From positions 1-38,423 of IMG/VR virus record IMGVR_UViG_2778261634_000009: DNA of 38,423 bases; one strand, 5' to 3'. How positions within the stretch are numbered: position 1 is the first letter of the stretch; every line of letters begins with the position of its first letter. The stretch is from a virus. Taxonomy: Duplodnaviria > Heunggongvirae > Uroviricota > Caudoviricetes. This document shows positions 8,191 to 17,658 of this stretch, one piece after another. Below the pieces are notes generated by a model. That model ran no database searches, was not told the origin of the DNA, and saw nothing but the letters and a program-made list of their open reading frames with translations. Made by a program: the position numbers and the translations under genes.

Positions 8191-8835
8191 ATGACATACG
8201 AAAATGACAAATTCCAGGTTCTGAAGAGCATGAAGGTGCCAGATGATTTTAAATCAAATGGCTTTGTTTATGTGCTTTCGAATGAGTGCATGCCAGGAAT
8301 TTATAAGATTGGGATGACTAAGCATTCACCAGAAGTTAGGGCTAAAGAAATTTCAGCCTCTACTGGCGTTCCTAAGCCATTTAAGGTGATAGCAGCCTTT
8401 CATTCAAATAATCCAGCATCAGATGAAAAACTCATTCATAAAGCCTTTGCAAAAGAGAGGCTTAGTGATAATCGAGAGTTTTTCAAGCTTGAAGATAATG
8501 AGCTTTCTGAATCTCTAAATGAAATAAGGGCGCTGGTTGGCCCTGAAAGAAATGGCGAGACGGCAGAATACGCAATTTACGACGCATTCATTTCTTTTCG
8601 CCATGAAAATGAGCTTGATCTTAATGAGGAGCTTATAGAGCAAGGTCTGGGTAGTGTAGTTGGTCATCTTCCTGCGGTGAAAAATTTCCTTATTCGCGCC
8701 GGAATTGATTACGCGAAGCAACTGATAAGCAAATATAACTCATCGATAGTTATTAATACAGATGGCAGTGTGGTGATGGTTAAGTCTCTTGAAGCCCAAT
8801 GCTTTGATGCGGAGGTTGGAAATGAGCCTGGCTGA
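8191..8835 (+). CDS. T5orf172 / MUG113 (GIY-YIG-like) domain protein
   Basis: 214-aa ORF; GFVYVLSNECMPGIYKIGMTKHSPEVRAKEISASTGVPKPFKV...NREFFKL fits the T5orf172 domain pattern; visibly AT-rich compared with flanking cII and O; 3' end overlaps the O start. Confidence 0.7.
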   Translation: MTYENDKFQVLKSMKVPDDFKSNGFVYVLSNECMPGIYKIGMTKHSPEVRAKEISASTGVPKPFKVIAAFHSNNPASDEKLIHKAFAKERLSDNREFFKLEDNELSESLNEIRALVGPERNGETAEYAIYDAFISFRHENELDLNEELIEQGLGSVVGHLPAVKNFLIRAGIDYAKQLISKYNSSIVINTDGSVVMVKSLEAQCFDAEVGNEPG

Positions 8836-9664
8836 AGTATTTTACCTGCCGAAGAGTGAACCTGTTGAACAGGAGCGAAGAGTGGCTGATATCGATGATG
8901 GTTACACCAGATTCGCTAACGAGCTGCTGGAAGCTATCGCAAGTGCCGATTTAACCGCTCGCCAGTTGAAAGTTATGCTGGCCTACGTCCGGAAAACATA
9001 TGGCTTCAATAAGAAAACAGATCGAATAGCCGATGAGCAAATTGCTCAGTTAACAGGACTGTCAAGGCAGAATGTTAACAAGGCTAAAAAAGAACTGATT
9101 TCAATGAATTGCCTGTTTATGGATGGAAATCAAATCGGTGTAAACAGGGAGGTATCTGCGTGGCAATTCAGCAAGTGTCTCCAAGTTAGCAACTTTGTCT
9201 CGAAGTTAGAGACAAAAAGTGTCTCCAAATTAGAGACACTCAATGTCTCGAAGTTAGAGACACACAAAAGACATTCTTTAAAGACAAAAGAAAATATTAA
9301 TAAACCCCCTATATCCCCCAAAAAAGTTTCTCAGAAGTTCGACCCGCTAGAAACAGAGTTGCCTGATTGGTTATCAGCAGAAACATGGTTGTCGTGGGTT
9401 ACCTATCGCAAGGAGATAGGTAAGTCGATCAAGTCTAAGCAAAGTGTCACTCAGGCTATCAACGTTCTATGCAGAAGTCTGGAGAAGGGATATACACCTG
9501 AAGAAATTATAAACCAGAGCATCGCCAGTGGTTGGCAGGGTATTTTTGAGCCCAAGACTCCAAAGGGGAAATCTCAACCGAGGCCGCAGCATCGAGCTAT
9601 GCAGGAAAACTTTGCCACCAAAGATTACGGACAAACTGAAATGCCTTCATGGGCGCAGGAGTGA
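8822..9664 (+). CDS. replication initiator protein O-like
   Basis: Start at internal Met (GGAGG upstream) of track ORF 8789..9664; N-terminal region LTARQLKVMLAYVRKTYGFNKK... typical of phage O N-terminal domain; iterons embedded mid-gene. Confidence 0.8.
   Translation: MSLAEVFYLPKSEPVEQERRVADIDDGYTRFANELLEAIASADLTARQLKVMLAYVRKTYGFNKKTDRIADEQIAQLTGLSRQNVNKAKKELISMNCLFMDGNQIGVNREVSAWQFSKCLQVSNFVSKLETKSVSKLETLNVSKLETHKRHSLKTKENINKPPISPKKVSQKFDPLETELPDWLSAETWLSWVTYRKEIGKSIKSKQSVTQAINVLCRSLEKGYTPEEIINQSIASGWQGIFEPKTPKGKSQPRPQHRAMQENFATKDYGQTEMPSWAQE
9177..9263. repeat. origin iterons (four about 18-bp repeats GTCTC(C/G)AA(G/A)TTAGAGACA) followed by an AT-rich stretch
   Basis: Four direct repeats at about 9177, 9197, 9221 and 9246, each with internal inverted symmetry GTCTC...GAGAC, encoding the repeated peptide SKLET; AT-rich 9264..9305 follows; lambda-type ori inside the O gene. 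Confidence 0.65.
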
Positions 9665-9666
9665 AC

Positions 9667-10512
9667 ATGACGCTGGATGAAAAGATCTCCCAACTGGAGA
9701 AAAAACTTGCAGAATTGAGTTCTCCGCCAATTGCTATCGAGCATACAGCTGTAGAAATTGGCACTGGCATCTGTGAAAAACATGGTGAGTTTGAGCAGCG
9801 TAACCGTTACTCGACTGGGCCAATTAAGTTTGCCTCAAGACCTAGCGAATGCCCGGAATGCATGAGAGATGAGCTTATTCGGCTACAGGCAGAGAAGATT
9901 AAAATCGACGAGGAATCACGTAAGCGCAATGTCGAGTTTCTGTTGAATAATCTTGATATTCCTGAACGATTCAAGGGTTGCACACTACAGAACTACGAGC
10001 CAGTCAACGACGATGCAAAGAGAGTGCTCAGGGTGTGTCAGGCATACGCCAGCAAATGGCCTGAGAGGTTACAGAAAGGCGGTGGGCTGGTTATGTGTGG
10101 AAAGCCTGGTACTGGAAAGAATCATCTTGCACTGGCTATCGCCCGGCACGCAATTACGGAACATCAAAGCTCAGCTATTTTCACAACGGCGCTGAAAATT
10201 GCCAGAGAATATAAATCAACATGGTCGAAAAACTCCACCCGCACAGAGGATGAAGTGATCCGACAGTTCACTAAACCTGACCTGCTAATTATCGATGAGG
10301 TTGGTGTGCAGTTCGGAAGCGAGGCGGAAAAGATGATCATGTTCGAAATCATCAACACCCGCTACGAGCGCATGAAGCCAACAATCCTGATTAGCAACCA
10401 GAGCAAAGATGAACTGTCTGCATTCATTGGTGAGCGTGTTATTGACAGGATGAATGATGGCGGCGGATGCACCCTTGCGTTTACATGGGATAGTTACAGG
10501 AGCAGAACGTGA
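9667..10512 (+). CDS. DnaC-like helicase loader / replication ATPase
   Basis: Walker A CGKPGTGKNHLA and Walker B LLIIDEVG; follows O directly; start at internal Met of track ORF 9649..10512. Confidence 0.8.
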   Translation: MTLDEKISQLEKKLAELSSPPIAIEHTAVEIGTGICEKHGEFEQRNRYSTGPIKFASRPSECPECMRDELIRLQAEKIKIDEESRKRNVEFLLNNLDIPERFKGCTLQNYEPVNDDAKRVLRVCQAYASKWPERLQKGGGLVMCGKPGTGKNHLALAIARHAITEHQSSAIFTTALKIAREYKSTWSKNSTRTEDEVIRQFTKPDLLIIDEVGVQFGSEAEKMIMFEIINTRYERMKPTILISNQSKDELSAFIGERVIDRMNDGGGCTLAFTWDSYRSRT

Positions 10513-10799
10513 CTGGAAAAGAAATCATCCTGGAATATCTGAAAACTCATGAACAATTCTCCCCACATGAATTAGCACTGATCACCGGAATACCAAATAA
10601 CAGAATCGCTCAAGCAGCAAGGCATATGGTGAAACAAGGACATTTGAGTGTTGTTGAGCGTAAGTGGAAGACGGTTATTTATGCAAAACGCAAAGTGAAG
10701 AAGGAGCCAATTAAAAGAAATCCAGATGGTACGGGGTGGGGATGTGCAAATCCAATGACGGCGTTTATTAATAGGGCGCTTATGGAGGTAAGGCAATGA
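10509..10799 (+). CDS. hypothetical protein
   Basis: 96-aa ORF with ATGA overlap to the loader gene. Confidence 0.5.
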   Translation: MTGKEIILEYLKTHEQFSPHELALITGIPNNRIAQAARHMVKQGHLSVVERKWKTVIYAKRKVKKEPIKRNPDGTGWGCANPMTAFINRALMEVRQ

Positions 10800-10882
10800 C
10801 CATCTACATCACTGAGCTAATAACAGGGGCTATTTACACAGTAGCCCTTTTTTATTGGATTAAGAGCGAGGGGTAAGTACCG

Positions 10883-11065
10883 ATGGTAAATGCATTTATT
10901 TGTAGTTTATTTCTTGTCGCGATTTTTCATGGATTCCTTCTGATGATGAGTTTTGTTCTCTGGGATAATGCATATCGCATATTGGGGGTAGGTTTTGTTT
11001 TACGGTTTTCAGTCGTCTGCGCGTTGCTACCGATAATTATGGCGACTATCAAATATTATTGGTAA
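10883..11065 (+). CDS. hypothetical small membrane protein
   Basis: 60-aa ORF, two hydrophobic segments, AT-rich. Confidence 0.35.
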   Translation: MVNAFICSLFLVAIFHGFLLMMSFVLWDNAYRILGVGFVLRFSVVCALLPIIMATIKYYW

Positions 11066-11092
11066 CCCAAAAAATCATCGATGGAGAGTGAT

Positions 11093-11401
11093 ATGGACGA
11101 ATCAAGAAAGAAGTTTGAGGAATACGTTGCCAAAAAATTGAAATTACCATTCGAGATGATAACCGAGGCAAGAAATGGTGATAGGTACTTCGCATTTTCA
11201 AGCATGGATATTCGTCACTCCTTAAATGAGTGGTGGACTTTATGGCAGGCATCGCGAGCAGCTATCGAGATTGAGCTGCAAAAGCCAAAGAAAGGCCCAC
11301 TTCCCGGTGATTATCACATTGGCTATGACTCAGGTGCAGAATCGCAATACGAAAGCGATGTAGAGGCTATCTGCGCCGCTGGAATCAAAGTGAAGGAGTG
11401 A
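11093..11401 (+). CDS. hypothetical protein
   Basis: Start at internal Met with GGAG upstream within track ORF 11081..11401. Confidence 0.5.
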   Translation: MDESRKKFEEYVAKKLKLPFEMITEARNGDRYFAFSSMDIRHSLNEWWTLWQASRAAIEIELQKPKKGPLPGDYHIGYDSGAESQYESDVEAICAAGIKVKE

Positions 11402-11589
11402 GCATGAGTCGACGAAGTAGCTTTTTGGGGTTTGTAATATTCCTGTCCTGCACTGGTTACATCGTAATCTGGTCAATTTCGAACATTGACCGTGGCGGGG
11501 AATATCTCATTGTAATGTTCTTTCCTTTGTTTCTTGGGTGGTACGCCGCAAGGTTGCTGGAAGAATGGGGTTACAGGCATAAAAAATAA
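11398..11589 (+). CDS. hypothetical small membrane protein
   Basis: 63-aa ORF with two hydrophobic segments; ATGA overlap with upstream gene. Confidence 0.4.
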   Translation: MSMSRRSSFLGFVIFLSCTGYIVIWSISNIDRGGEYLIVMFFPLFLGWYAARLLEEWGYRHKK

Positions 11590-11600
11590 AGGAGTGTTCA

Positions 11601-12011
11601 GTGAAGCAAACAATATTCCTCCGAACTAAGCAACAACAGCAAGCCGCAATCAACGCCATCCTCGCAACTCCTCTCGATAAAGACAAGCCAGTTACCATCC
11701 GCATTACTGACTACAAGCGCAACCTTGACCAGAACGCAAAATTTCACGCGATGGTCGCAGATATCGCTAGGCAAGTTCAGTGGCGCGATAAATGGTTAAA
11801 ACCAGAACAATGGAAGGTTTTGTTGATCAGCGGTCATGCAGTGGCAACAAAACAGGAAGCTGATGTTTTGCCCGGGCTTGAAGGCGAATACGTCAACATT
11901 CGCGAAAGCAGCGCGCAAATGAGTGTGAAGCGTATGGCAAGTCTGATTGAGTACACGACAGCATGGGCTATTGGTAAGGGTGTCAGATTTACCGACAGGA
12001 GGTACGAATGA
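11601..12011 (+). CDS. ninB: NinB recombination protein
   Basis: 136-aa ORF with DQNAKFHAM motif region matching the NinB family as remembered; AAGGAG upstream. Confidence 0.8.
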   Translation: MKQTIFLRTKQQQQAAINAILATPLDKDKPVTIRITDYKRNLDQNAKFHAMVADIARQVQWRDKWLKPEQWKVLLISGHAVATKQEADVLPGLEGEYVNIRESSAQMSVKRMASLIEYTTAWAIGKGVRFTDRRYE

Positions 12012-12184
12012 GACGACAGCGACGAAGTATCACCGACATCATCTGCGAAAACTGCAAATACCTTCCAACGAAGCGCTCCAGAAATAAACGCAAGCCAATC
12101 CCAAAAGAATCTGACGTAAAAACCTTCAATTACACGGCTCACCTGTGGGATATCCGGTGGCTAAGACATCGTGCGAGGAAATGA
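12008..12184 (+). CDS. ninD: NinD-like small protein
   Basis: Hand-translated 58-aa [33 protein letters not shown]...; overlaps ninB stop (ATGA); below the ORF-track size cutoff. Confidence 0.55.
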   Translation: MRRQRRSITDIICENCKYLPTKRSRNKRKPIPKESDVKTFNYTAHLWDIRWLRHRARK

Positions 12185-12540
12185 CAATGGATTATTCACA
12201 GTTAAGTGATTTTGAAATTAACAGAATGGTAGGAGACATAATTTTTAAAGGCCTTTGGGCATGTAAACCGGAAACATCAGGGAATAACACCAACAAATGG
12301 TATTACGGAAATGCTGATACAACTTTTGAGCCATTAAACCCTTTACCTGACTACTGCAATGATCCTAGCGCCTCATGGCCGATTATTGAGAAGTACAGGA
12401 TTAGCATTATCAATCTCGATGAAGACGAGTGGGGTGCACGTGGTGTGGCCGACTGTAAATCTAAGCGAGCTATACATGAAAATTCCCTCCGCGCCGCCAT
12501 GATTGTCTTTCTCATGATGCAGGACGCCAATAATGCTTAG
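12181..12540 (+). CDS. hypothetical nin-region protein
   Basis: Start at internal Met overlapping the ninD stop, within track ORF 12145..12540. Confidence 0.5.
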   Translation: MTMDYSQLSDFEINRMVGDIIFKGLWACKPETSGNNTNKWYYGNADTTFEPLNPLPDYCNDPSASWPIIEKYRISIINLDEDEWGARGVADCKSKRAIHENSLRAAMIVFLMMQDANNA

Positions 12541-12709
12541 CCCATCCCAATCCCTCCAATACCAGAAAGAAAGCGTCGAGCGGGCTTTAACGTGCGCTAA
12601 CTGCGGTCAGAAGCTGCATGTGCTGGAAGTTCACATGTGTGAGCACTGCTGCGCAGAACTGATGAGCGACCCGAATAGCTCAATGCACGAGGAAGAAGAC
12701 GATGAATGA
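12533..12709 (+). CDS. ninF: NinF-like small Cys-rich protein
   Basis: Hand-translated 58-aa [46 protein letters not shown]... matches lambda NinF as remembered. Confidence 0.6.
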   Translation: MLSPSQSLQYQKESVERALTCANCGQKLHVLEVHMCEHCCAELMSDPNSSMHEEEDDE

Positions 12710-13424
12710 GTTAATAAATGGCAATGCCATCAAAATGACAAGCATTGAAATCGCTGAGTTGGTTGGTAAGCGTCATGACAATGTGAAACGTACCATCGAA
12801 ACGCTGGCTAAAAATGGTGTTATCCGGCTTCCTCAAATTGAGGTTTCCGAAAGAATCAATAACTTAGGGTTCAATGTTCAGTACGAGCATTACGTTTTCG
12901 AAGGCGAACAAGGTAAGCGAGACAGTATTGTCGTTGTTGCCCAGTTGTCGCCGGAATTCACCGCTCGCCTTGTTGACCGCTGGCGAGAGCTTGAAGAAGC
13001 TGCGGTTAATATCCCCAAAACGCTACCAGAAGCGTTGCGCCTTGCTGCTGATCTTGCTGAGCAGAAAATGCAACTGGAAAACCAGCTCGCAATTGCCGCA
13101 CCTAAAGTTGAGTTTGCCGATCGCGTTGGCGAGGCCAGCGGAATTTTGATTGGAAACTTTGCAAAGGTTGTCGGTATTGGTCCAAACAAACTGTTTGCGT
13201 GGATGCGCGATCACAAAATCCTTATTGCTTCATGTTCCCGGCGCAATGTGCCAATGCAGGAATATATGGATCGCGGCTATTTCACAGTGAAAGAAACAGC
13301 GGTCAACACAAATCACGGAATACAGATATCGTTCACCACAAAAATCACCGGGCGTGGTCAACAGTGGCTGACCAGAAAGCTGCTCGATAACGGAATGCTG
13401 AAAGTAACAGGTGAGGCTGCTTAA
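12702..13424 (+). CDS. Roi-like antirepressor (Rha/ORF6 N-terminal DNA-binding domain plus KilA-C domain)
   Basis: 240-aa ORF in the nin region; N-terminal region similar to phage Rha-type regulators and C-terminal KilAC-like region as remembered. Confidence 0.7.
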   Translation: MNELINGNAIKMTSIEIAELVGKRHDNVKRTIETLAKNGVIRLPQIEVSERINNLGFNVQYEHYVFEGEQGKRDSIVVVAQLSPEFTARLVDRWRELEEAAVNIPKTLPEALRLAADLAEQKMQLENQLAIAAPKVEFADRVGEASGILIGNFAKVVGIGPNKLFAWMRDHKILIASCSRRNVPMQEYMDRGYFTVKETAVNTNHGIQISFTTKITGRGQQWLTRKLLDNGMLKVTGEAA

Positions 13425-13714
13425 TGGCTAATCTACGCAAAGAAGCACGCGGCAGAGAATGCCAGGTACGTATTTACGGCGTATGCAATGGCAATCCTGA
13501 AACTACAGTTCTGGCACATTACCGGATGGCTGGAATTTGCGGAACGGGAATGAAGCCTGACGACCTGATCGGTGCATGGGCTTGTAGTGACTGCCACGCG
13601 GAGATCGACCGACGCACAAGGATTCTCGACAACAAAGACGCCAGACTTTACCACCTCGAAGGCGTGATCAGGACGCAGTCGATACTACTGAAGGAGGGGA
13701 AGATTAAGTCATGA
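13424..13714 (+). CDS. small Cys-rich nin-region protein (possibly DUF1364-like)
   Basis: 96-aa ORF with CxxC...CxxC...CxxC pattern (CQVRIYGVC, CSDCH). Confidence 0.5.
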   Translation: MANLRKEARGRECQVRIYGVCNGNPETTVLAHYRMAGICGTGMKPDDLIGAWACSDCHAEIDRRTRILDNKDARLYHLEGVIRTQSILLKEGKIKS

Positions 13715-14073
13715 ACGAATATCAGTTTGTGCTTCCGTACCCACCGTCGGTGAACACCTACTGGCGAAGACGGGGAAGCCAATACTACATCAGCGATAAA
13801 GGCCAGAAATACCGAAAAGACGTTCAGCAAATCATCCGCCAACTTAAGTTAGACATTTTCACCAAATCACGACTCCGCATCAAAGTCATCGCAGACGTTC
13901 CAGACTCCCGCCGCCGCGACCTCGATAACATCCTGAAAGGTTTACTCGACTCCCTTATCCACGCCGGATTTGCGGAAGACGACGAGCAATTCGATGACAT
14001 TCGCGTAATTCGTGGTGTGAAAGTACCAGGCGGAAGGCTTGGAATAAAAATCACCGAACTGGAGAACGCATGA
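13711..14073 (+). CDS. rusA: RusA Holliday-junction resolvase
   Basis: 120-aa ORF; LPYPPSVNTYWRRRG N-terminus and acidic catalytic residues typical of RusA. Confidence 0.85.
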   Translation: MNEYQFVLPYPPSVNTYWRRRGSQYYISDKGQKYRKDVQQIIRQLKLDIFTKSRLRIKVIADVPDSRRRDLDNILKGLLDSLIHAGFAEDDEQFDDIRVIRGVKVPGGRLGIKITELENA

Positions 14074-14258
14074 ACGCCACAATTCAAACGATACCAGAGC
14101 TTCTTATCCAGACACGAGGCAATCAGACCGAAGTGGCGAGGATGCTTTCCTGCGCAAGAGGAACAGTGCTCAAGTACAACCGAGACAGCAAAGGCGAGCG
14201 TCACGTAATAGTTAACGGCGTCCTGATGGTCAAACAGGGCAAGAGGGGAAGACGATGA
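14070..14258 (+). CDS. ninH: NinH-like small DNA-binding protein
   Basis: 62-aa ORF; GNQTEVARMLSCARGTVLKY resembles lambda NinH as remembered. Confidence 0.65.
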   Translation: MNATIQTIPELLIQTRGNQTEVARMLSCARGTVLKYNRDSKGERHVIVNGVLMVKQGKRGRR

Positions 14259-14743
14259 GCATAAGAGAACTAAACCTCACCAAAGAACAGCACGAGTGGC
14301 TGAATGGCTGGCTTGAACTGTGGGGCGCATGGGTTTATTCAGGTCGTCTGGAAAAGCGCATGAGCAGCGTAATAGCGAAGTTCATGGAGAGCGTAGAGCC
14401 GGGAAGAATTATGACAAGGCCAATGTGCAATGATGATGATGGAATGTTGATTTCTCAGGTCGTCGATTCCGTCATGTACATTGACAAGAAAGCCTTTGGC
14501 ATCCTCCTCAGCTACTACGCTCATGGATCTTCCAAGCATGCCATTGCATCTTACTATCATCGTGTCGCAAGACCTCGCAAGATGTTATGCCGGGGCGGCG
14601 GGCGTATTCAAAAACCATCGCTCGCAACCTGTCGCCGGGAAGTTGACGAAATCCTCAATGCTTCGTTGTTTATGATTTACCCGGTTCTGGATAGTGCGTT
14701 TAAAAACCGGAAACGTGTAGAGAAAATTAAACATGTAGCATAG
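14255..14743 (+). CDS. late-gene antiterminator Q (phage 21 / P22 gene 23 type)
   Basis: 162-aa ORF at the end of the nin region, followed by a roughly 500-bp non-coding leader and then the lysis cassette. Confidence 0.7.
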   Translation: MSIRELNLTKEQHEWLNGWLELWGAWVYSGRLEKRMSSVIAKFMESVEPGRIMTRPMCNDDDGMLISQVVDSVMYIDKKAFGILLSYYAHGSSKHAIASYYHRVARPRKMLCRGGGRIQKPSLATCRREVDEILNASLFMIYPVLDSAFKNRKRVEKIKHVA

Positions 14744-15270
14744 AACGTGTTGACATCATTGAGCAAATGAGCAACACTATTCGCATAAGCTGCCGTTAGT
14801 GACTCTTAAGTTGCAACGGTGGCTTTTTTTGTTTGCACAACAGGTAAGAGCATTGAACCCGCAGACCTCGCGGAATTGGTGAAAGGTGCCGCGCAGTGCT
14901 CTTATCGTTGTGGTGAATGCACAGGCTGATGTGTAAGGGCAAGAATCTTTCGCTGGATTCGGTGTGGCCACGTAGCCCGCTGTAGGCAGTTGCAGCAAAC
15001 CGGAGATCAGCGCCGGTCGCCACAATCCAAACTGAGCCGTAGCCACTGGCTATCCTGAATTCATCAGTGATAGTTACGCTGCGGCCTTCTACACATGACC
15101 TTCGTGAAAGCGGGTGGCAAGAGGTTGCGCTAACAACCTCCTGCCGTTTTGCCCGTGCATATCGGTCACGAACAAATCTGATTACTAAACACAGTAGCCT
15201 GGATTTGTTCTATCAGTAATCGACCTTATTCCTAATTAAATAGAGCAAATCCCCTTATTGGGGGTAAGAC

Positions 15271-15594
15271 ATGAAGATGCCAGAAAAACATGACCTGTTA
15301 GCCGCCATTCTCGCGGCAAAGGAACAAGGCATCGGGGCAATCCTTGCGTTTGCAATGGCGTACCTTCGCGGCAGATATAATGGCGGTGCGTTTACAAAAA
15401 CAGTAATCGACGCAACGATGTGTGCCATTATCGCCTGGTTCATTCGTGACCTTCTCGACTTCGCCGGACTAAGTAGCAATCTCGCTTATATAACGAGCGT
15501 GTTCATCGGCTACATCGGTACTGACTCGATTGGTTCGCTTATCAAACGCTTCGCTGCTAAAAAAGCCGGAGTAGAAGATGGTGGAAATCAATAA
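15271..15594 (+). CDS. S: class I holin (lambda S type)
   Basis: 107-aa [34 protein letters not shown]... essentially the lambda S sequence as remembered, including the dual-start MKM motif. Confidence 0.9.
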   Translation: MKMPEKHDLLAAILAAKEQGIGAILAFAMAYLRGRYNGGAFTKTVIDATMCAIIAWFIRDLLDFAGLSSNLAYITSVFIGYIGTDSIGSLIKRFAAKKAGVEDGGNQ

Positions 15595-16054
15595 TCAACG
15601 TAAGGCGTTCCTCGATATGCTGGCGTGGTCAGAGGGAACTGATAACGGACGTCAAAAAACCAGAAATCATGGTTATGACGTCATTGTTGGCGGAGAGCTA
15701 TTCACTGATTACTCCGATCACCCCCGCAAACTTGTCACGCTAAACCCCAAACTCAAATCAACAGCCGCAGGACGTTACCAGCTTCTTTCCCGTTGGTGGG
15801 ATGCCTACCGCAAGCAGCTTGGCCTGAAAGACTTCTCTCCGAAAAGTCAGGACGCTGTGGCATTGCAGCAGATTAAGGAGCGTGGCGCTTTGCCGATGAT
15901 TGATCGCGGTGATATCCGTCAGGCAATCGACCGTTGCAGCAATATCTGGGCTTCACTGCCGGGTGCTGGTTATGGCCAGTTCGAGCATAAGGCTGACAGC
16001 CTGATTGCAAAATTCAAAGAGGCTGGCGGAACGGTCAGAGAGATTGAGGTATGA
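15578..16054 (+). CDS. R: endolysin, lambda R-type lytic transglycosylase
   Basis: 158-aa [27 protein letters not shown]... matches lambda R as remembered. Confidence 0.9.
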   Translation: MVEINNQRKAFLDMLAWSEGTDNGRQKTRNHGYDVIVGGELFTDYSDHPRKLVTLNPKLKSTAAGRYQLLSRWWDAYRKQLGLKDFSPKSQDAVALQQIKERGALPMIDRGDIRQAIDRCSNIWASLPGAGYGQFEHKADSLIAKFKEAGGTVREIEV

Positions 16055-16488
16055 GCAGAGTCACCGCGATTATCTCCGCTCTGGTTATCTGCATCATCGT
16101 TTGCCTGTCATGGGCTGTTAATCATTACCGTGATAACGCCATTACCTATAAAGAACAGCGCGATAAAGCCACGTACATCATCGCTGACATGCAGAAGCGT
16201 CAACGTGATGTAGCAGAACTCAACGCCAGATATACAAAGGAGCTTGCTGATGCTAACGCGACTATCGAAAGTCTCCGTGCTGATGTTTCTGCTGGTCGTA
16301 AGCGCCTGCAAGTCTCCGCCACCTGTGCAAAGTCAACGACCGGAGCCAGCAGCATGGGCGATGGAGAAAGCCCAAGACTTACAGCAGATGCTGAACTCAA
16401 TTATTACCGTCTACGAAGTGGAATCGACAGGATAACCGCGCAGGTTAACTACTTGCAGGAATACATCAGGACGCAATGCCTTCGATGA
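16051..16488 (+). CDS. Rz: i-spanin Rz
   Basis: 145-aa ORF with N-terminal transmembrane segment and coiled-coil body; ATGA overlap with R. Confidence 0.85.
   Translation: MSRVTAIISALVICIIVCLSWAVNHYRDNAITYKEQRDKATYIIADMQKRQRDVAELNARYTKELADANATIESLRADVSAGRKRLQVSATCAKSTTGASSMGDGESPRLTADAELNYYRLRSGIDRITAQVNYLQEYIRTQCLR
16244..16435 (+). CDS. Rz1: o-spanin Rz1 (lipoprotein) embedded in Rz in the +1 frame
   Basis: 63-aa ORF wholly inside Rz; signal peptide with lipobox VVSAC followed by a proline-rich segment. Confidence 0.7.
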   Translation: MLMLTRLSKVSVLMFLLVVSACKSPPPVQSQRPEPAAWAMEKAQDLQQMLNSIITVYEVESTG

Positions 16489-16662
16489 TAGCGATAATTT
16501 TACTCATCATCCTTCACATCTGGCTCTGCAGACAGGGTGGTGATCACTTCTGGAGTGAATCCAGATTAAACATCTCATTGCTGATGCTTGATATTGAGCA
16601 TCTGGCGCGCGGTAAGGGGCTGCGTTGAGATAAGAGCCAGTCATTACAAATACCAGGATTTA

Positions 16663-16686
16663 GCCTCGCATTTGCGGGGCTTTTTT
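16663..16686 (+). terminator. intrinsic terminator downstream of the lysis cassette
   Basis: GC-rich hairpin GCCTCGC-ATTT-GCGGGGC followed by TTTTTT. Confidence 0.5.
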
Positions 16687-16833
16687 ACATCTGCAGTAAA
16701 CCGCGCATCGCAGCGCGTAACAATCCCGAGTCTTTCAGAAAGCTGAGCCTGAGAATTGCCGTATATGGTGGCGACCATCTCGGGGGCGGCTTTTCTGTGC
16801 GAACAGGCTCATCTTTCTAAAAGGTAAGACGCT

Positions 16834-17358
16834 ATGAATAATCATTCAGTTATTCCAGCCTTCGACTTCCGAGAAATGGTGCAAGCCAAAAACGGAGAGG
16901 TCGTTACCACATCCAGAAAAATTGCCAAGTACTTCGGCAAGCGACACGGTGATGTTCTCAGGAAAATCGAGCAGGTTAAGGCTGATTGCTCGCGTGAGTT
17001 TAGCCAACGCAATTTTGCGTCGGCTGATTATATCGATGAGCAGGGCAAGGTTCGCCCGATGTACAGCCTGACGAAAGATGGCTGGATCATGGTTGTGATG
17101 GGGTTCACCGGGAAAGCTGCTGCGGCAATCAAGGAGAGCTATATCGCAGCATTCAACTGGATGGCAGAGCAACTGAGCCGCCGCATGGCAATTGGCGAAG
17201 AAATGCAGCACCGCTACGCCATCAAAGAAACACGCTCAAAGCTGAAAGGTACGATCGGCAGTCGGTTAATGAACGAACGGAAGAAAGAGAAGCGTGTCTT
17301 GGCTGTCGAGCATGAATACATCTTGCAGGTGACACAGCCTGAACTGCTGATTAATTGA
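16834..17358 (+). CDS. rha: Rha-family phage regulatory protein
   Basis: 174-aa ORF; N-terminal domain similar to phage Rha; position between lysis and packaging genes as in P22-like phages. Confidence 0.75.
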   Translation: MNNHSVIPAFDFREMVQAKNGEVVTTSRKIAKYFGKRHGDVLRKIEQVKADCSREFSQRNFASADYIDEQGKVRPMYSLTKDGWIMVVMGFTGKAAAAIKESYIAAFNWMAEQLSRRMAIGEEMQHRYAIKETRSKLKGTIGSRLMNERKKEKRVLAVEHEYILQVTQPELLIN

Positions 17359-17658
17359 AGATGCCATTACAAAGCCTATCTGCGGGTGGGCTTGATAATG
17401 AAACCGGAGTTAATTTCTGGTCACTAATTAACGGCAGCACAGCGAAACAACCCAAGCCAGTAAGTGGGGAAATAACACTGGCAGCCACTGAAAGATGAAC
17501 CTCCAGCCTTATGGCAAAAAAGATTCTTTGTGGTGGCGGACTGATGGAAAGACATCGGTTATTGCAGAGGCCATTCAATGAGTGGTCTCGACAATGGCTT
17601 ATACCCTACACGGGATAACTTAACTGATATCCCTTTTAACGGATAAACGGAGCCAACA

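Noticed and set aside
14744-15270. Possible tRNA or toxin cargo in the Q-to-holin leader
   Set aside because: No GTTCRANYC-type T-arm or cloverleaf could be found by eye and no plausible ORF with a ribosome-binding site; treated as regulatory leader only (not verified with tRNAscan-SE).
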